Position numbers and translations under genes: made by a program. The notes beneath the pieces are model-generated. The model had not been told where the DNA came from and did not search any database. It was given only the letters and a program-made list of their open reading frames with translations. Shown here piece after piece: positions 49,032-59,766 of a DNA stretch of 64,000 bases. The DNA is from Sphingobacteriales bacterium (GTDB taxonomy: Bacteria; Bacteroidota; Bacteroidia; Chitinophagales; JADIYW01): assembly GCA_016721245.1 (NCBI GenBank), contig JADKIQ010000009.1, positions 102,733-166,732 on the forward strand, written 5' to 3'. The first letter of the stretch is position 1. Each line of letters starts with the position of its first letter.

Positions 49032-50345
49032 ATGCAAAGAGTTCTTTACACATTTTTACTTCTATCTTTTTTTATTGCACCCGGCAATGCTACGGATTGT
49101 TTTAACGGAAGATATAAGAATAAAGTTTTTTCCGAATATACGGTTCTCAATAATATTATATATGCCCGCAAACAAACCAGTGACGGCCGCTGGCAAAATT
49201 TAGGTTATGATGTATATCAGCCCAAAAACGATACGGTTTCCAACAGACCAGTAGTAGTACTGGCACATGGTGGCGGTTATATAGATTTGCTAGACCAGAA
49301 AAGTCCGGATATTGTAGAACTGGCGATAGATCTGGTAAAACGTGGCTATGTGGTCATGTCATTAGAGTACAGGGAGGAATCAAACCCTCTGTCCTTATTG
49401 TCAGAAGAAAATATGGTAAAGGCCGTTGGTCGTTCATTGATAGATATCCGTGATGCTACCTGCAGCATTATGGACACCACCATAAATCACGGGAACCCGT
49501 ATAAAGTGGATTACAATAAAGTTATTGTCGGCGGTGTTTCCGCAGGTTCAGTAAGTTTTTTACACGCCTTATTTTTGGATAGTTTATCCTGGATGCCACC
49601 ACAATATCAGCAATGGATTTTACAGGTGGAGCCGAATTCACAGGCATTGCTGGATAACCGTTACTGCGGAGCCAATGTCATTGGTATGATTAATATTTCA
49701 GGCGCCTTGCTGGATACCGCCTGGATAAAACCTAACAGAAATTATCCGCCCATGTTATCACAACACGGCACCGCAGATCCGATAGTTCCATATAATTATG
49801 ATCATCCCTTTCATTTGCCAATGCTGCCAAAACTGATGGGTAGTTATTTAATAGATAAGCGTTATAAAGAACTAGGATTGCGCAGTGAGTTTGAATCCTG
49901 GCTTGGATATTCGCATGTGCCGTTTATCGGTGGATTAAACATAGAAGCGCTTTTTAGTCCAAACCCATTGGCACTTATTTTTAATCCTTATGTTTTGGAT
50001 AGCACCAAACGACATATTGCTAATTTTTGTTATAGTTTGATAGATTGCGATGAGCGAATTACAGGAATAAAGCAAAACGTTATTTCATCTACTTTGCCTG
50101 TTTTTCCAAACCCGTCTACGGGAAATTTCAGCATTCAGCTTCCAATTGGGATTTCGGTGAATAAATATAATGTTGTAATATATGACATCTCCGGTAAAGA
50201 GTTATTGACCAGAGATTTTGGCGGAAACTCATCTTTTATAACCATTAATGAACAACTGTCGCCCGGTATGTATTTTATAAAGCTACAATATGAAAAGAAT
50301 AGTGAATTAAATGTTTATACCGGAAAAGTGACGATTAAAGAATAA
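49032..50345 (+). CDS. secreted alpha/beta-hydrolase (esterase/lipase) with a T9SS C-terminal sorting domain
   Basis: HGGGY oxyanion motif, GGVSAGS elbow, and a C-terminus VFPNPSTGNFSIQL...GMYFIKLQYE...KVTIKE. Confidence 0.75.
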   Translation: MQRVLYTFLLLSFFIAPGNATDCFNGRYKNKVFSEYTVLNNIIYARKQTSDGRWQNLGYDVYQPKNDTVSNRPVVVLAHGGGYIDLLDQKSPDIVELAIDLVKRGYVVMSLEYREESNPLSLLSEENMVKAVGRSLIDIRDATCSIMDTTINHGNPYKVDYNKVIVGGVSAGSVSFLHALFLDSLSWMPPQYQQWILQVEPNSQALLDNRYCGANVIGMINISGALLDTAWIKPNRNYPPMLSQHGTADPIVPYNYDHPFHLPMLPKLMGSYLIDKRYKELGLRSEFESWLGYSHVPFIGGLNIEALFSPNPLALIFNPYVLDSTKRHIANFCYSLIDCDERITGIKQNVISSTLPVFPNPSTGNFSIQLPIGISVNKYNVVIYDISGKELLTRDFGGNSSFITINEQLSPGMYFIKLQYEKNSELNVYTGKVTIKE

Positions 50346-50416
50346 CTTTTTCTATTAACATCTTTTTTCTCTTTCATTCATAACATTTTCCTACTTTTGT
50401 AAACTAAAATTAGTTT

Positions 50417-50941
50417 ATGGAATTCAGAGAAATTATTGCCGTAACCGGCATTGCAGGCTTGAAAAGAGTAGTGGCCAACAGAAATGACGGATTAATATTG
50501 AGCGAATTAGACGGCTCCAACAAAAAATTTTATTCCAATCGCCAGCATATGTTTTCTCCTTTAGAAAACATAGCAATTTACACGGATAACGATACTGTTC
50601 CATTGCTGGATGTACTTATTGAAATGAAAAATCAAAAAGCAACTAACGCACCTGTGGATGCCAACGCAACCAATGATGTTCTGAGAAATTATTTAGGAAC
50701 AATTTTACCAAATTTTGACAGAGAGCGTGTTAATATTTCTGACATCAAAAAACTGATTAAATGGTTTGCCATTCTGGAAGATTTGGATGTTATCAAAAAG
50801 TCGGAAACACCAACAACAGAAGAAGCTAAAGTAGCCGCAAAAAAAGATGTGGCACCTGCAAAAACAAAAGCACCTGCAAAGGATGTGGTGGTACAGAAAC
50901 AATCTGTAGCAAAACCACGTATGACTAAAAACAAAGTATAA
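50417..50941 (+). CDS. conserved hypothetical protein with a K/A-rich basic tail (DUF5606-like)
   Basis: N-terminus MEFREIIAVTGIAGLKRVV. The C-terminal 50 aa are AKVAAKKDVAPAKTKAPAK-like. Confidence 0.45.
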   Translation: MEFREIIAVTGIAGLKRVVANRNDGLILSELDGSNKKFYSNRQHMFSPLENIAIYTDNDTVPLLDVLIEMKNQKATNAPVDANATNDVLRNYLGTILPNFDRERVNISDIKKLIKWFAILEDLDVIKKSETPTTEEAKVAAKKDVAPAKTKAPAKDVVVQKQSVAKPRMTKNKV

Positions 50942-51008
50942 TTTTATCAGCTTGATTCCTTCAAGGTTGAAAAACCTTGAAGGAATTTTTATTTATAAAA
51001 AGGAATTT

Positions 51009-52712
51009 ATGAAAACTGTTACCAGAAATAAACGAAACTACCTTTCTGAAGATCTGATTGTGAATACATGGGAAGATGTGGCATCTTATTATGATGAACT
51101 GCAGACCCGGGCAATTGAAGACAAAGATGGTTTGCTGAAATGGATGGCTGACAGAAGTGAGACAGATGCCGTGGTGGATGAGGAATATCGTTGGCGTTAT
51201 ATTCGTCAAACCTGCGATACGGAAGACGAAGCACACGCCAAAGTTTACGAAAATTTCATCGAACACATCATGCCAAAATGGATGACGGTGACAAATGAGC
51301 TGAATAAAAAACTGGCAGCTTCTGCTTTTATTAATGAATTAGATCAGGAACGTTTTTTTGTCTATTTGAGAAATCTTCAGTCTCAATTAAAACTTTTCCG
51401 TGAAGAAAATATTTCTTTGTCACAACAAATACAATTATTGTCGCAGGAATATGGTTCTATCATCGGCGCTATGACCATAGAACACGAAGGCAATGAATAT
51501 ACATTGCCACAGGCTGGTGTTTTTCTGCAAAATCAAGACAGAGCATTGCGCAAAACGATTTACGAAAAAATCAGTAGCCGTCGTTTTCAGGACAGAGAAA
51601 AACTGAACAATTTGTTTTCAGAGTTGCTGAAAATCCGTCATCAAATGGCACTGAACGCGGGCTTTGAGAATTTCAGAGATTATATGTTTGCTGAGATGGG
51701 GCGATTCGACTACGATGTGAAATCCTGCGAGCAGTTTCATGAAGCGATCAAGTCGGAAGTGATTCCTCTGGTCAAAAAAATTCATCAGAAAAGAAAACAA
51801 CAATTGGGTGTAGAAAATCTGTTTCCATATGATTTGGAGGTAGACGCTGAAAATTTGCCTGCGCTGAAACCATTTAGCACACAGGAAGAACTGATTGAGA
51901 AATCGGTAAAATGTCTTGATGAAGTGGATTCGTTTTTTGCGGAATGCATTTCCATTATGAACAACATGAACTACCTGGATTTGAATTCGCGCAAAGGCAA
52001 AGCGCCTGGTGGTTATAACATGACCTTGCCGGAAATTGGCGTGCCGTTTATTTTTATGAATGCTGCAGGCACGCATCGCGATTTAGAAACCATGGTACAC
52101 GAAGCCGGCCATGCGGTGCATTCGTTTTTGATGCGCACGTTGCCGTATAATTTCGATCAGGATATTTCGTCAGAGATGGCAGAACTGGCCTCCATGAGTA
52201 TGGAACTGATGACCTTTGACGGACTGGATGCATTCTATAATCATGCAGATAAAAAACGCGCGATAGAAACACACCTCGAAGGTATTATCACGATGCTGCC
52301 CTGGATTGCCCTGATTGATAAATTCCAGCACTGGATTTATACAAATCCGAATCACACCAATGAAGAGCGAGAAAACAAATGGGAAGAGCTGCATAAAGAA
52401 TTAAGCAGTGATGTGATTGACTACAGTCCGTATGCTGATTTCAGAAAAACCATGTGGCATAAACAACTGCATATTTTTGAAGTGCCGTTTTATTATATCG
52501 AATATGGCATTGCGCAATTGGGCGCAATTGCAGTGTGGCGCAACTACAAGCAAAACAAGCATAAAGCGGTGGAGGATTATAAAAACGCCTTGAAATTGGG
52601 CTATACAAAATCCATTCCTGAAATGTATAAAGCAGCAGGCATTGAATTCAATTTTACAGCGGCTTATGTAAAAGAATTGATGGAATTTCTGAATAAGGAG
52701 ATAGGTCAATAA
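51009..52712 (+). CDS. M3-family oligoendopeptidase (PepF-like)
   Basis: HEAGHAVH zinc motif in M3 context. The ATG at 51009 is preferred. Confidence 0.8.
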   Translation: MKTVTRNKRNYLSEDLIVNTWEDVASYYDELQTRAIEDKDGLLKWMADRSETDAVVDEEYRWRYIRQTCDTEDEAHAKVYENFIEHIMPKWMTVTNELNKKLAASAFINELDQERFFVYLRNLQSQLKLFREENISLSQQIQLLSQEYGSIIGAMTIEHEGNEYTLPQAGVFLQNQDRALRKTIYEKISSRRFQDREKLNNLFSELLKIRHQMALNAGFENFRDYMFAEMGRFDYDVKSCEQFHEAIKSEVIPLVKKIHQKRKQQLGVENLFPYDLEVDAENLPALKPFSTQEELIEKSVKCLDEVDSFFAECISIMNNMNYLDLNSRKGKAPGGYNMTLPEIGVPFIFMNAAGTHRDLETMVHEAGHAVHSFLMRTLPYNFDQDISSEMAELASMSMELMTFDGLDAFYNHADKKRAIETHLEGIITMLPWIALIDKFQHWIYTNPNHTNEERENKWEELHKELSSDVIDYSPYADFRKTMWHKQLHIFEVPFYYIEYGIAQLGAIAVWRNYKQNKHKAVEDYKNALKLGYTKSIPEMYKAAGIEFNFTAAYVKELMEFLNKEIGQ

Positions 52713-54044
52713 TTAAACCGACAAATTTTTCAGCAACCATTCTTTACAGGATTTGTGTAAAGAGATTAATTCATTTTTTTCATTCTTATCCAGGGAAAAT
52801 AACGTAAAAAATCCTTTTACCGATTTGAATGATTGATACCAGTAATAAGCGAATAATCCGGAACCGTAAGCGAATACGACAGCACCTGCACCAATACTCA
52901 CTTTTTCTACATACGTTTCTGCTTCAAAAATCATTGGAAGAAAAAAGAAATAACAAACATAAAAAATCAGGAATAAAAACATACCAACAACCACACGAAC
53001 CGTACTTTCAAAAACAGGATTTTTTACTTTTTTCTCTACGATAATTTTTGGCAGGAAGAACGGAATTGCATTCAATATAAATCCTGCAGCAAAAACCGGA
53101 AAAGAAAACAACAAACCAATACTTAATAAAAACCAGCTTGCTTTGTTTTTATTAAAGATGTTTAATGGTATTTTATAAGCAGCTAATTTGTTTTCGAATT
53201 GCGCTAACTCATTTTTGAAAGCTAAAAAAATTTCTTTTTGTGTAGTATAATAATGCGCTAATTGTTTGGTGATATGAACGCGCATGTCAAACAAATTTTC
53301 AACGTCATTTTTGTTTTTAAATTGCTGTGCCAATTCTTTGCCGACCATTTCTTCAGCAGCTATTTCCATTCCGTACAAATCAGCTTCTGTTTGTATAATC
53401 ATACATTCAGCCAGTCTTTCATGGGTTTTCTGCGTAATAATTTCTATGCTTTCTTTACTGTTGATGTCTTGCAAATTCAAATCCTGCAAAGTAAAAGGGG
53501 TACCGAAATTGATAATCAGATCTGCTTGAAACTTATTGTAAATATGGTAGTTTAAGCCAATTGGCTGAATGCGAAGTTTATTCAAATCTTGTTTTTCATT
53601 GGCATAATCTACAGCAATATGTGCCGTTCCTTTTCTGAAATTGCGAATGGTTTTTTCCTGAATACATTTGCCTTCGCTAAAGATGAGCACCGGCCTGGCC
53701 TTGTCAAATAATTCAAACATTCTTCCGAAGGTTTCCTGATTCTTTTCGAGATTATCATCGCATTCTTCTTTTCTGTAAATAGGAATGATATGGTATTGCC
53801 ACAATAACCATTTCAGGAAATCATTGGCAAATGCATCACCGCGAGCCAGAAAAAACACCCCTCTTTTTACGTTTACTGCAATCGCAATCGGATCAATCAC
53901 GGCATTGGTATGGTTGGCAACAATTAAGGTAGGTTTCTTTAGGTCTATATTTTCTTTTCCTATAATTTTAATTGAATAAGCGGTTCGCCAGCTAAGTTTT
54001 AACAGCGGTTTAAAAATCCAGTATAAATAATTTATGGGAAGCAT
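52713..54044 (-). CDS. lysophospholipid/1-acyl-glycerol-3-phosphate acyltransferase family protein with a C-terminal TM extension
   Basis: The NHTNAVID (HX4D) motif and FSEGK block are in the N-terminal half. The C-terminal ~150 aa carry several TM segments. Confidence 0.7.
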   Translation of the reverse strand: MLPINYLYWIFKPLLKLSWRTAYSIKIIGKENIDLKKPTLIVANHTNAVIDPIAIAVNVKRGVFFLARGDAFANDFLKWLLWQYHIIPIYRKEECDDNLEKNQETFGRMFELFDKARPVLIFSEGKCIQEKTIRNFRKGTAHIAVDYANEKQDLNKLRIQPIGLNYHIYNKFQADLIINFGTPFTLQDLNLQDINSKESIEIITQKTHERLAECMIIQTEADLYGMEIAAEEMVGKELAQQFKNKNDVENLFDMRVHITKQLAHYYTTQKEIFLAFKNELAQFENKLAAYKIPLNIFNKNKASWFLLSIGLLFSFPVFAAGFILNAIPFFLPKIIVEKKVKNPVFESTVRVVVGMFLFLIFYVCYFFFLPMIFEAETYVEKVSIGAGAVVFAYGSGLFAYYWYQSFKSVKGFFTLFSLDKNEKNELISLHKSCKEWLLKNLSV

Positions 54045-54086
54045 AGATGTATAAATCGGGAAGCAAAACTACCATTAAATAACGGA

Positions 54087-54119
54087 CAAAAAAAGGTCTG
54101 CAGCAAATACTACAGACCT
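54087..54119 (-). terminator. Rho-independent terminator after the thioredoxin-like gene pair
   Basis: Stem AGGTCTG (54094-54100) / CAGACCT (54113-54119), followed on the minus strand by T7-8. Confidence 0.6.
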
Positions 54120-54141
54120 TTATCTTTTATAAGGATAAAAT

Positions 54142-54747
54142 TTATTTCTTCCATTTAATACCACATCCGATGGCTTTTGTGCTGGTAACAGTTACGGGTT
54201 TGCCGGCCAGTAAAGCATCCACCGCTGCTTCTACATATTTTTCTTTCACTGCAGCAGCATCTTCCCAGTTATCGTCAATAGCGCCGATATATTTTACAGT
54301 TAGTTTACTGCCGTCTTTTTGTAATACATACATATGAGGCGTTTTAATGGCACCAAATTTCTTAGCCTGCTCCTGAGATTCGTCGTATAAATACGGAAAA
54401 GTGAATCCTTTTTCTTTGGCACGAATCTCCATGTTGTCAAAATTGTCTTCAGGATATTGCACGGCATCATTCGGATTGATGGCAATGACCGGATATCCTT
54501 TCGCAGCATATTTTTTATCCAATGCAATAATTCTGTCTTCATATGCTTTTGCATACGGACAGTGATTGCAGGTAAACGTAATGATAAATCCTTTGGCTTC
54601 TTTATAATCGGCCAGTGAAACATTTTTTCCTTTGATGCTTTTCAGGCTGAAATCCGAAACAGACGAACCAACAGTATATCCATCTGATGCGACAGCATGA
54701 AAGGTAAGACCAACAACAGCGAGTATCGCTAAAAATAATTTTTGCAT
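54142..54747 (-). CDS. thioredoxin-fold redoxin (AhpC/TSA-like) lipoprotein or secreted protein
   Basis: Signal peptide plus a FTCNHCPY CxxC motif. Confidence 0.65.
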   Translation of the reverse strand: MQKLFLAILAVVGLTFHAVASDGYTVGSSVSDFSLKSIKGKNVSLADYKEAKGFIITFTCNHCPYAKAYEDRIIALDKKYAAKGYPVIAINPNDAVQYPEDNFDNMEIRAKEKGFTFPYLYDESQEQAKKFGAIKTPHMYVLQKDGSKLTVKYIGAIDDNWEDAAAVKEKYVEAAVDALLAGKPVTVTSTKAIGCGIKWKK

Positions 54748-54750
54748 AAC

Positions 54751-55248
54751 TTATAATTTAGAGTGAATAATTTTTTCCAGTTCATCGAATGATGCATAAT
54801 CACCTTCGTGAAAATATAGCTTCGTTCCGTTTTTGTAAAATAATGTCATAGGTATGGTACCCGACCACTTCGTATCAATTTTATCAATCCAGATATTGGG
54901 ATTGCCGGCAGATAAAATGAATGATTCCGAAGAATAGTTATTCTTTTTCAGAAATTCATTTACCTGCACTGCACGTGTTTTAGCATCCTGGCTGACGAAA
55001 ATAATTTTCACAGATTGTTGTGAAAATGTCTGCGCAGCTTTTTCAAAAAAAGGTAATTCTGTTACACAAGGCTTGCACCAGGTAGCCCAGAAGTTTACCA
55101 CATATAAAGTGTCGTTTTTTTGCTGAACTCGATTTTCATATGCTGCTAAATTCAAAATTACTGAACTTGATTGAGCATTTGCAAAAAGAGAAATACATCC
55201 CAAAGCAATTAGTAAAAAATATTTCCTAAATGAAACGACAGAATTCAT
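54751..55248 (-). CDS. TlpA-like thiol-disulfide oxidoreductase
   Basis: FWATWCKPC active site. Signal peptide from the ATG at 55248. Confidence 0.75.
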   Translation of the reverse strand: MNSVVSFRKYFLLIALGCISLFANAQSSSVILNLAAYENRVQQKNDTLYVVNFWATWCKPCVTELPFFEKAAQTFSQQSVKIIFVSQDAKTRAVQVNEFLKKNNYSSESFILSAGNPNIWIDKIDTKWSGTIPMTLFYKNGTKLYFHEGDYASFDELEKIIHSKL

Positions 55249-55314
55249 GTAGCAAGTTAACATACAAAACAAAAAGATGTTTAGATATGAATGTTAAATA
55301 GCGTGAAGAGGAAA

Positions 55315-56544
55315 TTAATAAGGAGTAATCTGTATTAGCGGATAAAACCAGTCGCGTACTTTTTCAATGGCAATAATGTTCCCTTCAAAATGAGAGTAAT
55401 TTCCAATATTGATTAACTCCACATTGCCGCCTTTCTGTTTGAAGGTGTTGTAAGCAATTTCACTGTTTTGATAAAAAGCAATTTCATCATTTATGCTGTG
55501 ATAAAAACGGGTGGGTGCTTTGGGTATCCAGTCATTAATGACATCATATTTTTTGACCGCCTGCAGAAAAATATTACTCGTATTATTTCTTATTTCATTT
55601 CTAAATGAAGGCTGCAGGGTGTTGTAAAAATAGTCAGGATATTTTGTGTCGATATATCCAATGGTTTTAGTGCCGTCAAAAACAACATTCGTAAGAGAAT
55701 CATAAGGCCTAACAAAAACGGAAGCATAAGAAGGGTAGATTTGCTGAGTGGTTTGCAGGCTGTTGATTAAAAAAGCATATGCACCTGAGAAAGAAAAACT
55801 AACAGAATCTTTCAGGATATTTAATTGACTTGATTTTTCCAATGCAAACCAGCTAGCCATAGGTGCACTGGCTTTTATATGAAACTGGTTTGGATATTTT
55901 GTTTCCAGTTTTCGCTGTGCAGCCAATGTTGCATGTCCGCCTTGAGAGTATCCCATTAAAAAAATATCCGAATTGAACCTTAAGGGGCGATAGGTCTTGT
56001 TCAGTAAAATCTGAACACTGCCCAACATATCTACCACCGCATTGGCTTCTTCCGTTGGTTCATAAAAATGATGCGAACTATCACTGAAGCCTAAGCCGAT
56101 ATAATCAGCGGCACACACCAGCGTTCCGGTTTCACTGGCCATGATAAACGGCACATAATAATTCATATCCGCACTGATGGATGGCACTTCCTGTTTTTGA
56201 ATGGCGGTGCCATGCTGATAACAAACAAGCGGCACGTAATAATCTTTAATTTCAGGAATATAGACTAAGCCACTCGCGGTGATTTCGTTGTTTTTATAAT
56301 CATGCGTTTTATAAAATATACGATAGACAATCACATCGTATTTTGGATGAATTAAACTATCCGAATTAGGAAGAATAGAATTGAGGCGTGCAGTTAGTTG
56401 TGTGGTTGTTAATCTGTCTTTATAACGATGGCTTATATACGTTTCTCCAAGCGTTTCATATACAACGGGTGGTACAGGAACTGATGTTTTTTTACACGAA
56501 AAAATAATTAGAGATACAACAAACAGTAAAAAAAGATTTTTCAT
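55315..56544 (-). CDS. secreted lipase / alpha/beta hydrolase
   Basis: Lipoprotein-like N-terminus (IIFSC) and nucleophile elbow GYSQGGH. Confidence 0.65.
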   Translation of the reverse strand: MKNLFLLFVVSLIIFSCKKTSVPVPPVVYETLGETYISHRYKDRLTTTQLTARLNSILPNSDSLIHPKYDVIVYRIFYKTHDYKNNEITASGLVYIPEIKDYYVPLVCYQHGTAIQKQEVPSISADMNYYVPFIMASETGTLVCAADYIGLGFSDSSHHFYEPTEEANAVVDMLGSVQILLNKTYRPLRFNSDIFLMGYSQGGHATLAAQRKLETKYPNQFHIKASAPMASWFALEKSSQLNILKDSVSFSFSGAYAFLINSLQTTQQIYPSYASVFVRPYDSLTNVVFDGTKTIGYIDTKYPDYFYNTLQPSFRNEIRNNTSNIFLQAVKKYDVINDWIPKAPTRFYHSINDEIAFYQNSEIAYNTFKQKGGNVELINIGNYSHFEGNIIAIEKVRDWFYPLIQITPY

Positions 56545-56545
56545 G

Positions 56546-57337
56546 TCAATCTGTTATTTCTTCACTAATATAATACTGAAACAGAAAAAAGGTTGACAAA
56601 CCACATAATAAATGCCAAACGCCATGCCACTGAAATAATGAATTTGGGTTACAAAAACAATGACCATCCCATCCGAAATGCCATACAAAAAAAGCAATTA
56701 AAAAACTAAGCGAACAGAAAACCGCATATTTAAATTGTATAACAGGACGGTGTTTTTTAAAATTTAAGAATTCAAACAACATACCCAAACAACACACCAA
56801 CCCGAAAGCGGCACTTCCCGGGTAAAAATCAAGCCCCCAAATAGTTCTGTAAGAACCGGCAATATTACAAAGTATTAAACTGGAAAAGTAGATGGAAATA
56901 AAAACGAAAGAACTCAGATTGTAGTAACGGGCCAGCGCAAATGACAGCATAAATGAACCAAACAGATACATACTGTTCATATCAAACAAACCACCGGTGT
57001 GTGCTTCTGTAGCATGCATAGCCATGGAGCAAGGACCGAGCAAAACAGTAATGAGACAATAAAATAGAGGAATAAACGGATGCTTAAAAAAGAAACCTGT
57101 TTTATTAATGCTACGATGATGACTTAATATCCAGGAGCAGTAAATACCGGAAACAATAAAACCAATATTAGAAAAGGAATTTGCGGGTTGTTTAATAAGA
57201 CCATTTCCGGCAGCTTCACAAAAATTGCCACCTGATCCATCCGGAATACCAAACCAGCCTAAAGTTAATGCTGTAAAGAACAGTAATAAAACAACAAGCG
57301 TAAATACTAATGTAATTTGAAATGTATTTTTTAGCAT
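56546..57337 (-). CDS. 7-TM membrane hydrolase, ceramidase-like (tentative)
   Basis: QPANSFSNIGF, HATEAH...D and WHLLCG blocks resemble the alkaline-ceramidase/CREST-type His/Asp pattern. The assignment comes from motif memory only. Confidence 0.35.
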   Translation of the reverse strand: MLKNTFQITLVFTLVVLLLFFTALTLGWFGIPDGSGGNFCEAAGNGLIKQPANSFSNIGFIVSGIYCSWILSHHRSINKTGFFFKHPFIPLFYCLITVLLGPCSMAMHATEAHTGGLFDMNSMYLFGSFMLSFALARYYNLSSFVFISIYFSSLILCNIAGSYRTIWGLDFYPGSAAFGLVCCLGMLFEFLNFKKHRPVIQFKYAVFCSLSFLIAFFVWHFGWDGHCFCNPNSLFQWHGVWHLLCGLSTFFLFQYYISEEITD

Positions 57338-57358
57338 TGATGTTTATTGAAGAAATTT

Positions 57359-58435
57359 TTATAAAAAAGGAAGCTTCACCACTTTTGCTTTCAGCAATTT
57401 TCCGCGGATATCAATGTAGATTTCCGAATCAACCGCACTGAAAACGGTATCAACATAACCCAATCCGACACCATACCCCAAGGTAGGTGATTGTGTACCG
57501 GAGGTGACATGTCCTATTTCATTGCCATTCGCATCTTTAATGATATAATGTCCGCGAGGAATACCTCTGTCTATCATGGTAAAGCCAACAAGTTTGTGTT
57601 TAAAACCGTCTGCTTTTTGTTGCAATAAAATTTCTTTAGCAATAAAATCTTTGTTGAATTTGGTGACCCAACCTAAACCTGCTTCGAGAGGAGAAGTGGT
57701 GTCGTCGATATCGTTTCCGTACAAACAAAAACCTTTTTCCAGACGCAAGGTATCGCGCGCACCAAGGCCGATAGGTTGTAAGCCAAACGGTTTTCCGGTT
57801 TCTAAAATTTTATTCCAGATTTCAATGGCGTGTGCTTTATTGAAATACAATTCGAAACCACCTGCACCGGTATAACCAGTTGCCGAAATAATCACATTAT
57901 CAATGCCGGCAAAACTGCCGCGCACAAAGCGATAATATGGAATTGAGGACAAATCTACATCAGTAAGTGATTGTAATGCTTCAGCAGCTTTTGGTCCTTG
58001 TATGGCCAGTAAGGCGGTGTTCTCAGAAATATTGTGCAGTTCTGCACCTTCTGTATTGTGTTGATTAAACCAAGCCCAGTCTTTATCAATATTTCCGGCA
58101 TTCACCACACACATGTAATGTCCGTCATCCAAATGGTAAACGAGCAAATCATCCACAATGCCGCCGGTTTCATTCGGCAGATATCCATATAAAGCCTGAC
58201 CTCTTTCTAATTTAGAAACATCGTTGGAAACAATCTTTTGCAAGAGCGGCAACGCTTTATCGCCTTTCAGAATAAATTCACCCATATGAGAAACATCAAA
58301 CATTCCCACGGCATTGCGCACACAATGATGTTCATCCAGATCAGAAGAATAACGAACCGGCATATAAAATCCGGCGAAGTCTACCATTTTTGCACCTAAG
58401 GCAATGTGTGTATCGGTAAGAGGAGTTGTTTTCAT
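57359..58435 (-). CDS. gcvT: glycine cleavage system aminomethyltransferase T
   Basis: Full-length GcvT-type sequence ([35 protein letters not shown]). Confidence 0.9.
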   Translation of the reverse strand: MKTTPLTDTHIALGAKMVDFAGFYMPVRYSSDLDEHHCVRNAVGMFDVSHMGEFILKGDKALPLLQKIVSNDVSKLERGQALYGYLPNETGGIVDDLLVYHLDDGHYMCVVNAGNIDKDWAWFNQHNTEGAELHNISENTALLAIQGPKAAEALQSLTDVDLSSIPYYRFVRGSFAGIDNVIISATGYTGAGGFELYFNKAHAIEIWNKILETGKPFGLQPIGLGARDTLRLEKGFCLYGNDIDDTTSPLEAGLGWVTKFNKDFIAKEILLQQKADGFKHKLVGFTMIDRGIPRGHYIIKDANGNEIGHVTSGTQSPTLGYGVGLGYVDTVFSAVDSEIYIDIRGKLLKAKVVKLPFL

Positions 58436-58609
58436 AAAAAGCAAGAAGGAATGATTAATAATCCAAAAGTAGGAATTTGTTAAAACATTTTTTAGTTTAT
58501 TCCTGTATCCTTTTTAATAAAGAAAGGAACTTTTAACGAAAAAAAGCAGTTATTAAGTTCTGTACAAAATTATTTTTGATAACTTTATAAAAAGAAAACC
58601 AAAAAAATC

Positions 58610-59686
58610 ATGGGAATATTAGACACTTTCAGAAATGAGTTCATTGACATTATCGAATGGACCGACAATACACAGGACACCATCGTATGGAAATTTCCAC
58701 GCTTTCAGAATGAAATCAAGACCGGTGCGCAACTAACCGTTCGCGAATCGCAGGTGGCGGTTTTCCTGAATGAAGGAAAGCTGGCAGATGTGTATCAACC
58801 GGGCAGATATGAATTATCTACTCAAAACATGCCGATTTTAAGCACCTTAAAAGGCTGGAAATACGGATTCAACTCTCCGTTCAAAGTAGATATATTTTAT
58901 GTAAACACAAAACAGTTTACAGATCAGAAATGGGGTACCAAAAACCCAATTACCTTAAACGACCCGCGTTTCGGAATGATTGAAATCCGTGCGTTCGGAA
59001 ACTTCTCTTTCCGTGTAACGGATGCCGGAAAGTTCATGAAAGAAATTGTAGGTACAGATGGTCAGTTTACAACAGAAGAAATCTCCAGTCAGTTGCGTAC
59101 GCTAGTGGTGACCAAATTAACGGATGCCATTGCAGAAAGTAAATTAAAAATTGAAGAGTTTGCTTCTAACTTAGATGAGTTTTCTAAATTTGGCGCAGAA
59201 AAATTATCAGATGATTTTGATGCTTACGGATTAAAAGTGACTTCTCTTTTAGTAGAAAATATTTCTATGCCGGATGAAGTGAAGAAAGAAATCTTCGAAT
59301 TATCTCGTCTGGATAAGATTGATATGCAGAAACTGACGCAATGGAAAACTGCGCAAGGCATTGAAAAAGCAGCTGAAAACGGCGGACTGGCAGGAGCATT
59401 TGTAGGTGTTGGTTTAGGCGGTATTATGCAGGGCGGCATAGCTAACTCACAAGGCGGCGGAGCAGTTCCGCCACCGGTCATGCAAATATTTGTAGCGGTA
59501 AATGGCGCACAAACCGGACCTTTTGATGTGCCGGCTTTAACACAAATGGCGCAAAGCGGTCAGCTGAAAGGCGATACGCTGGTATGGAAAGCAGGCATGG
59601 CAGCCTGGGCTGCTGCGTCTACGGTTCCAGAATTAGCGGGTATTTTAGGCGCAGTTCCGCCACCGATTGCACCACCACCCTTATAA
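58610..59686 (+). CDS. SPFH-domain protein (YdjI / virion-core-like) with a C-terminal GYF_2-like domain
   Basis: N-terminus MGILDTFRNEFIDIIEWTD...FPRFQNEIKTGAQLTVRESQ is typical of the family. The C-terminus has a Gly-rich linker and a GPFD...LxxDTLVWKxGMxxW block. Confidence 0.7.
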   Translation: MGILDTFRNEFIDIIEWTDNTQDTIVWKFPRFQNEIKTGAQLTVRESQVAVFLNEGKLADVYQPGRYELSTQNMPILSTLKGWKYGFNSPFKVDIFYVNTKQFTDQKWGTKNPITLNDPRFGMIEIRAFGNFSFRVTDAGKFMKEIVGTDGQFTTEEISSQLRTLVVTKLTDAIAESKLKIEEFASNLDEFSKFGAEKLSDDFDAYGLKVTSLLVENISMPDEVKKEIFELSRLDKIDMQKLTQWKTAQGIEKAAENGGLAGAFVGVGLGGIMQGGIANSQGGGAVPPPVMQIFVAVNGAQTGPFDVPALTQMAQSGQLKGDTLVWKAGMAAWAAASTVPELAGILGAVPPPIAPPPL

Positions 59687-59709
59687 TCTTAGTTGAACGA
59701 TTACATACA

Positions 59710-59745
59710 GACTTTGAAGGTTTTAAATCTTCAAAGTCTTTTTAC
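59710..59745 (+). terminator. Rho-independent terminator between the SPFH gene and the zinc-ribbon gene
   Basis: 10-bp stem GACTTTGAAG (59710-59719) / CTTCAAAGTC (59729-59738), then TTTTTAC. Confidence 0.75.
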
Positions 59746-59766
59746 TTTTACACCAAACCAAAAACC

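Noticed and set aside
58436-58609. A possible glycine riboswitch upstream of gcvT.
   Set aside because: The leader is AT-rich and lacks the conserved GGAGAG / CACCG-type cores. No tandem aptamer-like structure is evident.
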